From assembly GCA_963754085.1 (NCBI GenBank), contig CAVWFA010000016.1:540470-604469 (forward strand): a DNA stretch of 64,000 bases, written 5' to 3'. This document shows, one piece after another, positions 10,452 to 19,278 of the stretch; position 1 is the stretch's first letter, and every line of letters starts with the position of its first letter. Source of the stretch: Candidatus Aminicenantes bacterium (GTDB taxonomy: Bacteria; Acidobacteriota; Aminicenantia; Aminicenantales; Saccharicenantaceae). Made by a program: the position numbers and the translations under genes. The notes under the pieces were generated by a model. The model saw nothing but the letters and a program-made list of their open reading frames with translations. It had not been told where the DNA came from and did not search any database.

Positions 10452-12860
10452 TCAGGGATGGGAGCCGGAGGGCCCGGATAGGCCGCTCAGTCGCGTCCGG
10501 GCCGCCTCGATCTCCGGCCTTTCCGGGTCGGCGTTCTTCCAGAGATCGAGAAAAAACCGATAACCCTCGAGCGCGGCGCCCCGGTGTCCGAGCGCCTCGT
10601 CCGCCTTGGCCTTGCCGAAAACGGCCAGGGGGAAGAAGTCGCCGAACGAGAAGCGGTACTCTTTCTCTTTCGAGATCTCTTCGAAAGCGGCCGCGGCTCC
10701 TGCGGCATCGCCGGCCTTCTCCCTGGCCAGACCGAGGTAGTAGTAGACGAAGGGCTCGTAGGCCACCGCCGGGAACGCGGGAGGAAGGGCGTCCGCGGCC
10801 TTATCGAAGGCGGCCGCCGACTCCCGATAGCGGCCGCGCTCCAATTCGACGAGGCCTGTGAAAATACCGAGATCCCGAACGATACGCGGGGGGGCGCCGG
10901 GCCCGGCCAGCTCCCGGAACCGCCGGGTCAGGTCCTCGAGGGAGGCGGCGTCGCCCATCCGGGCATAGATCTGCCCCAGGACCGTCAGGCGAGATCTCGT
11001 CCGCGAGGTGTCGCTGTCCGTGCCCTCGGCCGCCGTCCTGAGCTCGGCCAGCGCGGCCTCGGGCTTGCCCTGCTCGAGGAGGACCTGGCCGAGAATGGCC
11101 CGGATGTCCTTGGACCACATGAACTCGTGGATCGATTCCGCGAGCTCGACGCCTTCGCGGCATTCCTTCTCGGCCTCCGTCAGGCGGCCCTCCGCGAGGG
11201 CCAGGAGGATGAGGCGCAAGCGGGCCCGGAGGTGCCAGGCCGCTTCGTCCATGAGAAAGAGCTTGCGGAATTCCTCGCGGGCCGCGCCGGCGCCCTGGGT
11301 GAAGAAGAGCAGCACGCCTTTCCAGTTCGCCCAGGAGGGATCGGGGAAGACGGAGATGGCCTTGTCGAGCGCCGCGGCCGCCCCGTCGTGATCTCCCGCG
11401 TCGAGAAGGGTGGCCACGAGGGTCTGGTAGATCAGGCGATTGGCCGGGTAGTCGTCGAGATAGGACCTGAGGCCCCGCTCCGCTTCCTTGGTCCGGCCCA
11501 GGGCCCGGAGCGAGACGGCCTTGGTGTGATGGGGGAAGGGATCGGGCGTGCCCTGGCGAACCGGAACATCCGCGTACCGGACGGCGGACTCGAAGTCCTC
11601 GGTCTGGTAGCACAGGACCCCGAGGTTGTTGTTGGCGACGAGGTCATAGGGGTGGTCCTCGAGGACCTTCTTGAACTCCGCGACCGCCAGCTCCCAAGTC
11701 GCCTCGGACGCGGCGTAATAATCGGCCCGGATGAGATGGCGTTCCCGGCAGTCCTCCGGCAGCCGGGCCGAGAGCTCGAAGGCCTTGCGCATATACTCGG
11801 CCTCCCGGTCGATATAGCGGAGGTTCCGGGCGTCCACGGCCATCATCCGGTAGGCCATGGCGAACTCGGGATCGATCTCCACGGCCTTCTTGAGCATGTT
11901 GAGGCTCTGCTCGTAGTCGCCGGTCCGGTGATAGCGCCAGCCCTCGGCGTAATACTTGTAGGCCAGCGCGGACGCGGTCGTCAGGACCTCGATGTCGAGG
12001 TCGATGTCGTCGAGGACCTGCGAGGCCGTCCGGGCCAGGCCCGACCGGAGGTTCTTGGCCAGTCCGTCCGCCTGCTGCATCAGGTCCTTCTCGTCCTGGC
12101 AGTCCAGCCTCTCGGTCCGGATCGCGGTCCCGGTCCGGGCGTCCTGGAGGACGGCCGTGACGACGATCCGCCCTCCCGCCGCCAGCACGGTCCCGCTGAT
12201 GAGGTAGTCGGCCTTCAACTCCCGGGCCAGGCGGCGGAGCTCCTCCCGGGAATATCGTCGCCGCTCGGTCAGGTCGAACTTCTTGAGGGCGCCGTAGACG
12301 GCGTCATCGCTGAGCGTCCGGATGCGCTTCGACTGGCCCAGGTCGGTGGCCAAAAGGAGAGGCAGGCCGGTCACCCATTTCCCGAGCTCGGGATCGGCCG
12401 AGAGGTTCTCGAAGTCCAGCACGGCCAGCGCCGGGGTCGGGGGGAAGGCCGCCGGCCGCGGGCGCGGGCCCCAGGGCCTCCAGGCGATGAGGACCGCGGC
12501 CAAAGCGAGGAACAGCAATGCGGCCGGAAGGGCGGCCCGGCGGAGGAAGGCCGGCCGGATCTCCGGGACCCGCCCCGGGTCCTCGAGCGCGGACTGGAAG
12601 CAGCGGACGAGCTGGATGCGGTTCTTGATGCCCAGCTTCTGATAGACGTGATGGAGGTGGTTCTTGACCGTGTGGTCGGAGATGAACAGCTCTTCGGTGA
12701 TCCGCTTGCTGTCCTTGCCCTCGAGGATGAGGCGGACGATCTCGGCCTCCCGGGAGGTGATGCCCAGCTTCTCGGCGCAGGCGGCGAAGGCGTCGCCGCT
12801 CCTAACATGGAGCGCGGCTTCAGGCCGTGTCCGCCGGAACAACGATGCGAACGCCCACAT
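10452..12860 (-). CDS. LuxR-type HTH + TM helix + TolB-N-like domain + TPR repeat protein
   Basis: ITSREAEIV..ITEELFISDHTVKNHLHHVYQKLG; hydrophobic stretch; LAVLDFENLS; multiple TPRs. Confidence 0.85.
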   Translation of the reverse strand: MWAFASLFRRTRPEAALHVRSGDAFAACAEKLGITSREAEIVRLILEGKDSKRITEELFISDHTVKNHLHHVYQKLGIKNRIQLVRCFQSALEDPGRVPEIRPAFLRRAALPAALLFLALAAVLIAWRPWGPRPRPAAFPPTPALAVLDFENLSADPELGKWVTGLPLLLATDLGQSKRIRTLSDDAVYGALKKFDLTERRRYSREELRRLARELKADYLISGTVLAAGGRIVVTAVLQDARTGTAIRTERLDCQDEKDLMQQADGLAKNLRSGLARTASQVLDDIDLDIEVLTTASALAYKYYAEGWRYHRTGDYEQSLNMLKKAVEIDPEFAMAYRMMAVDARNLRYIDREAEYMRKAFELSARLPEDCRERHLIRADYYAASEATWELAVAEFKKVLEDHPYDLVANNNLGVLCYQTEDFESAVRYADVPVRQGTPDPFPHHTKAVSLRALGRTKEAERGLRSYLDDYPANRLIYQTLVATLLDAGDHDGAAAALDKAISVFPDPSWANWKGVLLFFTQGAGAAREEFRKLFLMDEAAWHLRARLRLILLALAEGRLTEAEKECREGVELAESIHEFMWSKDIRAILGQVLLEQGKPEAALAELRTAAEGTDSDTSRTRSRLTVLGQIYARMGDAASLEDLTRRFRELAGPGAPPRIVRDLGIFTGLVELERGRYRESAAAFDKAADALPPAFPAVAYEPFVYYYLGLAREKAGDAAGAAAAFEEISKEKEYRFSFGDFFPLAVFGKAKADEALGHRGAALEGYRFFLDLWKNADPERPEIEAARTRLSGLSGPSGSHP

Positions 12861-12913
12861 CCCGGTCTCTCCTCTCTCTCGGAGGCAGGGCGAAAAATAG
12901 GATGAACACGACC

Positions 12914-12942
12914 ATGATAGCCCCCAATAGGGGGGCTGTCAA
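12914..12942 (-). promoter_or_regulatory. sigma70 promoter of the LuxR-TPR gene with palindromic spacer
   Basis: TTGACA-17-TATCAT; AGCCCCC-ctatt-GGGGGCT dyad spans the spacer. Confidence 0.65.
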
Positions 12943-13011
12943 AACATCGGGGAGCCTACAGTCATCCTCACCGGTATATACGCGACGACGAGGGGGAGTG
13001 TTGTGTTCAAA

Positions 13012-13039
13012 TAAAAAGGCCCACCGGGGGGCGGGCCTT
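13012..13039 (-). terminator. Intrinsic terminator after small ORF
   Basis: AAGGCCCGCC-cccc-GGTGGGCCTT followed by T-run. Confidence 0.75.
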
Positions 13040-13072
13040 CAGGGGTTTCGTCCGAGCAGTTTTACCTCGTGC

Positions 13073-13135
13073 TCAGGAGGGCTTTGGGCAGCCGGACTTG
13101 CAGTGCGACACCCGCGGGATCTGGAACCGTTTCAT
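13073..13135 (-). CDS. Unannotated 20-aa peptide MKRFQIPRVSHCKSGCPKPS
   Basis: Strong SD (GAAAGGAG) before ATG, consensus promoter upstream, terminator downstream. Confidence 0.55.
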   Translation of the reverse strand: MKRFQIPRVSHCKSGCPKPS

Positions 13136-13165
13136 GGGGCGCTCCTTTCTCAGCGTTCTGGTTAA

Positions 13166-13194
13166 ATCCTACTATTATGGTAGGGAATTGTCAA
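13166..13194 (-). promoter_or_regulatory. sigma70 promoter for the small ORF
   Basis: TTGACA-attccctaccataatag(17)-TAGGAT. Confidence 0.7.
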
Positions 13195-13231
13195 GGGGAG
13201 GACGCCCGGGGCACCCGAGAACCCGATTCGC

Positions 13232-13444
13232 TCAAAGCAGCTTTTTGAACATCTCGACCGTCAAGCCGGAGTCTTTGACGATTCCCGCCATCGTAAAGGA
13301 GTGAACCGGATTCGCCCGAGGGATCGTCAGGATGTGTTCCCCGTCGGTCATTGTCGTGTGCTTGCCTTCGTGGGCGACCCAAAACCCGGCTTTGAGAAAG
13401 GCCCGGACGGCCCGGGCGTGGCTAACGCCGGCCAGCTTCGGCAC
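13232..13444 (-). CDS. hicA: HicA toxin
   Basis: VRAFLKAGF..EGKH..LTIPR..GIVKDSGL; 70 aa. Confidence 0.85.
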   Translation of the reverse strand: MPKLAGVSHARAVRAFLKAGFWVAHEGKHTTMTDGEHILTIPRANPVHSFTMAGIVKDSGLTVEMFKKLL

Positions 13445-13446
13445 GG

Positions 13447-13647
13447 TCAGCCCACTTCGACGTATCTGGCGACCTTGCCTTTGGAGAGATGTTCGACGGT
13501 TTTGAGGTAAGCGATGATGGCGTCGCGGATATTCTCCAGGGCCTCCGCTTCCGTCGCTCCCTGCGACCAGCAGCCGGGCAGGCCCGGGGCCCAGACGGAG
13601 TAGCCTTCGTCGGTCTTTTTGAGGAATACTTTATATCGCGTCGCCAT
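13447..13647 (-). CDS. hicB: HicB antitoxin (short, no DNA-binding domain)
   Basis: YSVWAPGLPGCWSQGATEAEALENIRDAI. Confidence 0.88.
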   Translation of the reverse strand: MATRYKVFLKKTDEGYSVWAPGLPGCWSQGATEAEALENIRDAIIAYLKTVEHLSKGKVARYVEVG

Positions 13648-13722
13648 CAGATTGTCCCCATGGTTCATTTCCATTTTACCTCATTACGATGACGAGGCAA
13701 GCGGGATGTTTTTCTCAGTCCC

Positions 13723-14868
13723 TTATTTTCCGTGGCTCTCGACGAGCCGGCCGGCGAACCAGCGCCAGATGGCCTTGTTGAACTCGACGCTCGGCGGCGT
13801 CCCCTCGAGGATGGCCAGGTAGCTCGTCGGCGCGTCGCCCGGCTTCTGGCGGTGCCGCGGCTCCGCGTCGAAGAGCAGGGGGTGCTCGGGATGGAACTGG
13901 ATGCCGAGGACGTGGGGGTACTTCTTATGCTCGACGGCCTCGACGATCCGGCCGTCGCGGGAGCTGGCGATGGCCACGAGATCCCGGCCCATCTTCTCGA
14001 GCGCCTGGTGGTGCGAGCTCAGGATGCGCGGGTGGTCGGACGACTTGAAGCCCATGGCCTTGACGAACTTGCCGTTGTCCCCGAGCTGGAGCGAGTGGAA
14101 GTTGTAGCCCATGAGCTTGTCGAGCGGGAAGATGATGCGGTAGGGGTTGTTGTGCCACTGCTCCGGCCCGAGGGCGATGACGTCCTCGACCGTCGTCTTG
14201 CCGTAGGCCTCGGTCCAAATGTCCTGGACGAGCGTCCCGCCCGTGCCGATGTTGAGCGTCTGGAATCCGAGGCAGATGCCGAGGACCGGGAAGCCCGGGC
14301 GGCCGTCGAGCAGCGGCACGGCCTTCGGGTCCTGCGAACCGCCGAGCAGATGGAAAACGGCCGAGGCCTCGAGATAGTGGCGGTACGGGTCGCTGATATC
14401 CGTCAGGAGAAGCGTCTTCTCGCCGAAGACCGAGGGCGGGATGTCGGGCCCGCCGAAGAAGATGACGCCGTCGGACTTCTTGACGATCCGGTCGAACTCG
14501 GGGACGCAGGCATTCGTCTTGAACAGGACCGGTTCGCTGATCTCGGCCTTGACGACGTGGAACTTGAACCAGTCGAGGCCGTTCTCGGCGACATACTTCC
14601 GGCTCTCGACGAAGTTGCCCGTCTGCCGCTCGTGGTAGACGCCGATGACCGTCAGGTTCGGGATGTCGATGACGCCGTTCTTGCGCAGGGTGGCCAGGGC
14701 CCGGATGTTGAATGTCTCGGGATTGAAGATGACCAGCCGGACGTTGGCGTCGCGCGCCGGCGCGCCGTCGAGCCAGCGGTCGGGGTCGGGAGTCTGACAG
14801 GCTAGGGGAGCGGCGACCGCGGCCGTCGCCAGGACGAGGGTGAGGACGAGGGCGAGATGTCTTCTCAA
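13723..14868 (-). CDS. Exported peptidase C26 / gamma-glutamyl hydrolase family (class I GATase fold)
   Basis: GGPDI, LGICLG, SHHQA, GIQFHPE; signal peptide; TTG start after GGAGG. Confidence 0.8.
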   Translation of the reverse strand: MRRHLALVLTLVLATAAVAAPLACQTPDPDRWLDGAPARDANVRLVIFNPETFNIRALATLRKNGVIDIPNLTVIGVYHERQTGNFVESRKYVAENGLDWFKFHVVKAEISEPVLFKTNACVPEFDRIVKKSDGVIFFGGPDIPPSVFGEKTLLLTDISDPYRHYLEASAVFHLLGGSQDPKAVPLLDGRPGFPVLGICLGFQTLNIGTGGTLVQDIWTEAYGKTTVEDVIALGPEQWHNNPYRIIFPLDKLMGYNFHSLQLGDNGKFVKAMGFKSSDHPRILSSHHQALEKMGRDLVAIASSRDGRIVEAVEHKKYPHVLGIQFHPEHPLLFDAEPRHRQKPGDAPTSYLAILEGTPPSVEFNKAIWRWFAGRLVESHGK

Positions 14869-14986
14869 GGCGGACCTCCGGGGGGACCTGATTCGTTCCA
14901 GGCCATTATATTCGCATGTCCGCCGCCCCTGCAACCGGCGGCGAAGGACCCAGCCGGGATCCCGGGTGGTATAATGGAGGACTTGC

Positions 14987-15160
14987 CGGCGCGCCCTCGT
15001 GAGTTCCGGCGCTTGATGGCCGGGCGGGGGGAACCTTCACCCCCTTATTTCGTCAATACTGAGCGTGGAGAACGAAATGGACGTCCGTCTGCCCCGTATT
15101 ACTGGGCAGGGCGGGCTGCCCCGGCCCGTCAGGAGCCGGCCGGGAACGGCCTCGGCGCCG
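14987..15160 (+). ncRNA. Candidate structured 5' leader RNA
   Basis: Extended -10 TGgTATAAT at 14967-14975; long closing stem plus three hairpins with complementary loops. Confidence 0.45.
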
Positions 15161-15182
15161 ATCCGAACGAAGGAACACGGAC

Positions 15183-17342
15183 ATGAGCATGAATAAGACC
15201 GTCGCCCTGGCTGCCCTGGGCTTGATCGCGGCCGGCGCCGCCCTGGCCGCCTCAGTCTCCCAGACCCCCGCCCCCAAGGAACCCCTCCGGATCCCGCGCC
15301 TGACCGATACCCCCAAGATCGACGGCGTCCTCGACAATCCCATTTGGGAGACCCAGGCCCTCAAGATCGAGAATTTCGTCCAGCTCTCGCCCAAGGAGAA
15401 CGGCGTTCCGACCGAGAAGACCGTGGCCTACCTCGGCTACGACGAAAAGAACCTCTACCTCGCCTTCCGGGCCTTCGACTCCCAGTCCTCCAAGGTGCGC
15501 TGCTCGATCACCAAGCGCGACGGTTGCATGGAGGACGACTGGGTCTTCGTCATGCTCGATACGTTCAACGAGAAGCGCCGGGCCTTCTCCTTCCTCATCA
15601 ATCCCGCCGGCGTCCAGATGGACATGATGCGCGTCGAAGAGGGCGGCAACGACAACATGGACGACAGCTGGGACACCGTCTTCTATTCCGACGGCAAGAT
15701 CGACGCCGAGGGATATACGGTCGAGATGGCCATCCCCTTCAAGAGCCTGCGCTTCCCGAACGACGACCTCAAAACCTGGAACCTCGTCCTCGGCCGCAAC
15801 CTGCCCCGCACCGGCGAGGTCATCCTCTACGGGAGCTTCTCCCGCGACATCCCCGGGCTCCTGACCCAGGGCAAGCCGTTCGTCATCGAGGGGGCCGTCG
15901 AGCGGAGCCGCAACGTCGAGGTCATGCCCTTCCTGACCTCCCTCAAGAGCGAGGGGGAGAAGGTCCAATTCGAGCCCGGCGCCAACCTCAAGCTGGGATT
16001 GAGCTCCAACGCCACCCTCGACGCCACGATCAATCCGGACTTCAGCCAGATCGAGGCCGACGAGCCCAAGATCGACTACAACGTCCGCTACGCCCTGCGC
16101 TACGACGAGAAGCGGCCGTTCTTCCTGGAGGGCATGGAGATCTTTAGCTCGCCCGAGATCGAGACGGTCTACACACGCCAGATCAACGACCCCATCTTCG
16201 GGGCCAAGGCCTCGGGCAAGACGGGCCGGTTCACCTACGGCCTGCTCTCGGCCTACGACATGCACCCGACCGAGAGCCTCTGGGACATCTCCGAAGGCTC
16301 CTCGATCACGAGCGACACCAAGGCCTTTTCCAACATCTTCCGGACCAAGGCCGACGTCGGCTCCGGCTCCTACGTCGGCTTCACCCTGACCGACAAGGAG
16401 CTCGGCGCCGGCAACTGGAACCGCCTGGGCGGCTTCGACGGGCAGCTCCGGTTCAAGGACCGGATCTTCTTCAGCTTCCAGGCCCTGGCTTCGGACACGA
16501 GCTCCGAGGGCGTCGGGACGCCCCTGGCCCCCGGCCTCTACGGGGAGCTCTACTACACGGACAAACACTGGACCTTCGGCGGCTTCTACAAGGCCATGGA
16601 TCCCGAGTTCCAGGCCTCCCTGGGCTTCGTCAACCGGGTCGACTACCGGAGCGCCGGGGGCTTCGCCTCCTACCGCATCTACCCCGACAAGAAATACCTC
16701 AACCAGATCCAGTTCCGCATCCAGGCCGGCCAGCGCCTGGGCTATGCCGACAGCGTGACCCAGGACACCTGGATCCGCCCGCAGGTCCAGTTCCGCCTGA
16801 CCGAGTTCAACCAGGTCTTCGTCACATATGAGGCCGGGATGGAGCGCTTTGCCGGCGTCGATTTCCAGAAGCAGTCGCTCTCGGTCGAGTCGCAGGTCAC
16901 GTTCATCAGCTGGATGCCATTTTTCTTCGTCTTCGCGACTGGCGACGAGATCAACTACGACACCGAAGACGCCTTCCTCGGCTACAGCAACACGTACGGC
17001 GTCTCGCTGACGTTCAAGCCCAGCAAGCGCCTCCAGCTCGGGACCGACTTCAGCAAGCAGACCTTCTGGCGCTCGGCGGGCGGGGAGCGGCTCTGGGATT
17101 ACAATCTCGTCCGCGAGAAGGTGACCTACCAGTTCAGCAAGACGCTCTCGGTGCGGGCCATCGTCGACTACAACTTCTTCGACAAGGAGGCTTTCGGCAG
17201 CCTGCTGGCGAGCTGGGTCCTCCGCCCGGGGACGGTCTTTTTCCTCGGCGTCGACAACGACTACCTCCGCGACGAGTACGGCCGCCTCACCGGGAACGGC
17301 TACAACGTCTTCGTCAAGTTCTCCTACTGGTGGCGCCTCTAA
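15183..17342 (+). CDS. CBM9-like + DUF5916 outer-membrane protein
   Basis: PKIDGVLD..W, GYTVEMAIPFKSLRF, DATINPDFSQIEAD, EKRPFFLEG, C-terminal FVKFSYWWRL. Confidence 0.85.
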   Translation: MSMNKTVALAALGLIAAGAALAASVSQTPAPKEPLRIPRLTDTPKIDGVLDNPIWETQALKIENFVQLSPKENGVPTEKTVAYLGYDEKNLYLAFRAFDSQSSKVRCSITKRDGCMEDDWVFVMLDTFNEKRRAFSFLINPAGVQMDMMRVEEGGNDNMDDSWDTVFYSDGKIDAEGYTVEMAIPFKSLRFPNDDLKTWNLVLGRNLPRTGEVILYGSFSRDIPGLLTQGKPFVIEGAVERSRNVEVMPFLTSLKSEGEKVQFEPGANLKLGLSSNATLDATINPDFSQIEADEPKIDYNVRYALRYDEKRPFFLEGMEIFSSPEIETVYTRQINDPIFGAKASGKTGRFTYGLLSAYDMHPTESLWDISEGSSITSDTKAFSNIFRTKADVGSGSYVGFTLTDKELGAGNWNRLGGFDGQLRFKDRIFFSFQALASDTSSEGVGTPLAPGLYGELYYTDKHWTFGGFYKAMDPEFQASLGFVNRVDYRSAGGFASYRIYPDKKYLNQIQFRIQAGQRLGYADSVTQDTWIRPQVQFRLTEFNQVFVTYEAGMERFAGVDFQKQSLSVESQVTFISWMPFFFVFATGDEINYDTEDAFLGYSNTYGVSLTFKPSKRLQLGTDFSKQTFWRSAGGERLWDYNLVREKVTYQFSKTLSVRAIVDYNFFDKEAFGSLLASWVLRPGTVFFLGVDNDYLRDEYGRLTGNGYNVFVKFSYWWRL

Positions 17343-17345
17343 GAT

Positions 17346-17429
17346 GGGGTCAAACCTAAACTTTTCCAGTTTTTTCGGCCTCTCCCCGAAAAAGCCAGGC
17401 GAAAAGTGGAAAAGTTTAGGTTTGACCCC
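17346..17429. repeat. REPIN/MITE-like palindrome, copy A
   Basis: 23-bp perfect IR GGGGTCAAACCTAAACTTTTCCA...TGGAAAAGTTTAGGTTTGACCCC. Confidence 0.8.
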
Positions 17430-17471
17430 TTCTTGATCATGGTGATACGATAGACGGCACGGGAGCCGGCC

Positions 17472-18878
17472 ATGGCCAGGTATCGCTGCCTCATTTGCCA
17501 GTACATTTATAACGAGAAGACCGAAGGCGTCCCCTTCGACGATCTCTTCCCCGACTGGACCTGCCCCGTCTGCGGAGCGGCCAAGGCCGAATTCGAGCTC
17601 ATCGACGAGCCCGAGCCGGCCGCGCCCGCCCCGTCCGAGCCTGTCCGGGAACCGAAGAGCGTCGACGATTTCCGGCGGGCCTCCGACGAGCTCGAAACGT
17701 CCATGGCCGACATCCGCCGCATGGCCCTGACCGGCGAATCGGTCATCGAGCCCATGCGCTCGCGCAAGCCCAGCGTGTCCTGGGACGACGTCCTCATCAA
17801 GGGGGCCCAGCTGGCCCGCCTGCCGCTCAATCCCGACGAGACGGTCGACACGAAGACGGTCATCGGACCGAGGGCCGCGAAGCCCCTGGTCATCGGCACG
17901 CCCATCGTCGTCAGCCACATGTCCTTCGGGGCCCTGTCGCGGGAGGCCCAGTCCGCGCTCGCCCTGGGCAGCGGCGCGATGGGGACGGCCATGTCGTCGG
18001 GCGAAGGCGGCATCCTGGAAGACGCCCTGGGCATGGCCCATAAATACATCTTCGAGTATGTGCCCAACCGCTACAGCCTCAGCCCCAAGAACCTCCGGCG
18101 CGTCGACGCCATCGAGATCAAGTTCGGCCAGTCGGCCAAGCCCGGCATGGGCGGACATCTCCCGGGGATCAAGGTAACGCCGGAGATCGCCGCCATCCGA
18201 GGTTTGCCCGAGGGGTCGGACATCACCAGCCCGTCGCGGTTCCCGGACATCCGCACGCGCGAGGACCTCAAGCGCAAGGTCGACGAGCTCCGGTCGCTCT
18301 CCGAGGGGCGTCCGATCGGGATCAAGTTCGCGGCCGGGGACGTCGAGGCCGACCTCGAGTTCGCCCTGTCCGCCGGCCCCGACTTCATCACCATCGACGG
18401 CCGGGCCGGAGCGACCGGGGCCGCGATCAAGCATATCAAGGACGCGACGTCGGTCCCGACCATCTACGCCCTCGACCGGGCCCGCCGCTACCTCACGGCC
18501 CGGGGCATCAAGGACGTGACCCTGATCGTGACCGGCGGCCTGCGCATTTCGTCCGACTTCGCCAAGGCCCTGGCCCTCGGCGCCGACGTCCTGGCCATCG
18601 GCACCGCGGCGCTCATGGCCATCGGGTGCCAGCAGTACCGCATCTGCGATTCCGGGCGCTGCCCGGTCGGGATCGCCACCCAGGACCCGGGCCTGCGGGC
18701 CCGGCTGGATGTCGACGAGGCGGCCCGCGGCCTGGCCAATTACCTGCGCGTCTCGACCGAAGAGCTGAAGGATTTCGCCCGGCTCACCGGCCACGACAAC
18801 GTCCACAAGCTCTCGGTCCGCGACCTGGTCACGACGAGCTCCGAGATCTCGACCCACACCTCCATCCCCCACGCGTGA
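17472..18878 (+). CDS. Rubredoxin fused to FMN-binding glutamate synthase domain (GltB2-like)
   Basis: CLIC..WTCPVC; MSFGALS, SGEGG, EIKFGQSAKPGMGGHLPG, CQQYRICDSGRCPVGIATQ. Confidence 0.9.
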   Translation: MARYRCLICQYIYNEKTEGVPFDDLFPDWTCPVCGAAKAEFELIDEPEPAAPAPSEPVREPKSVDDFRRASDELETSMADIRRMALTGESVIEPMRSRKPSVSWDDVLIKGAQLARLPLNPDETVDTKTVIGPRAAKPLVIGTPIVVSHMSFGALSREAQSALALGSGAMGTAMSSGEGGILEDALGMAHKYIFEYVPNRYSLSPKNLRRVDAIEIKFGQSAKPGMGGHLPGIKVTPEIAAIRGLPEGSDITSPSRFPDIRTREDLKRKVDELRSLSEGRPIGIKFAAGDVEADLEFALSAGPDFITIDGRAGATGAAIKHIKDATSVPTIYALDRARRYLTARGIKDVTLIVTGGLRISSDFAKALALGADVLAIGTAALMAIGCQQYRICDSGRCPVGIATQDPGLRARLDVDEAARGLANYLRVSTEELKDFARLTGHDNVHKLSVRDLVTTSSEISTHTSIPHA

Positions 18879-18884
18879 TCTCAA

Positions 18885-18912
18885 GGGACTGTCCCCGAAG
18901 CGGGACTGTCCC
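18885..18912. repeat. GGGACTGTCCC doublet (REP-like)
   Basis: Copies at 18885-18895 and 18902-18912. Confidence 0.65.
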
Positions 18913-18988
18913 TTTTGACCTTCGGATGGTTGAGAATTCTCTTCGCTTTATTTCGTCTTTATCAATGTGAGCGATCGAGCGTTCTGGC

Positions 18989-19017
18989 TTGACAACGTAG
19001 GTGGTACTACCTATCGT
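18989..19017 (+). promoter_or_regulatory. TA promoter with palindromic operator
   Basis: TTGACA-17-TATCGT; TAGGT-ggtact-ACCTA dyad. Confidence 0.65.
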
Positions 19018-19035
19018 AATACCGTGAGGTTTATC

Positions 19036-19278
19036 ATGCCCAAAGGCAAGATCGCCATTTCGATGACCGAGCGGGTGATAGGGGAACTGGATGCTCTCGT
19101 TCGGGCCGGCGTGTACGACAATAGGAGCCAGGCCATCGAGGACGCCGTCGTTGATAAGCTCAAGCGGCTGGCGCAGACGAGGCTCGCTGTCGAATGTGCC
19201 AAGCTGGACCCGGCAACAGAGAAAGAGCTGGCCGAAGAGGGCCTGTCCGAGGAGATCTCCGGATGGCCCGAATACTGA
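19036..19278 (+). CDS. CopG/ribbon-helix-helix antitoxin
   Basis: KIAISM..LDALVRAGVYDNRSQAIEDAV; overlaps toxin gene. Confidence 0.85.
   Translation: MPKGKIAISMTERVIGELDALVRAGVYDNRSQAIEDAVVDKLKRLAQTRLAVECAKLDPATEKELAEEGLSEEISGWPEY

Noticed and set aside
13050-13078. UGA plus hairpin as a selenocysteine/SECIS signal or hammerhead core
   Set aside because: The hairpin includes the UGA and its loop is too close for a typical bacterial SECIS; read-through would run into the terminator; CUGAGCA does not match CUGANGA
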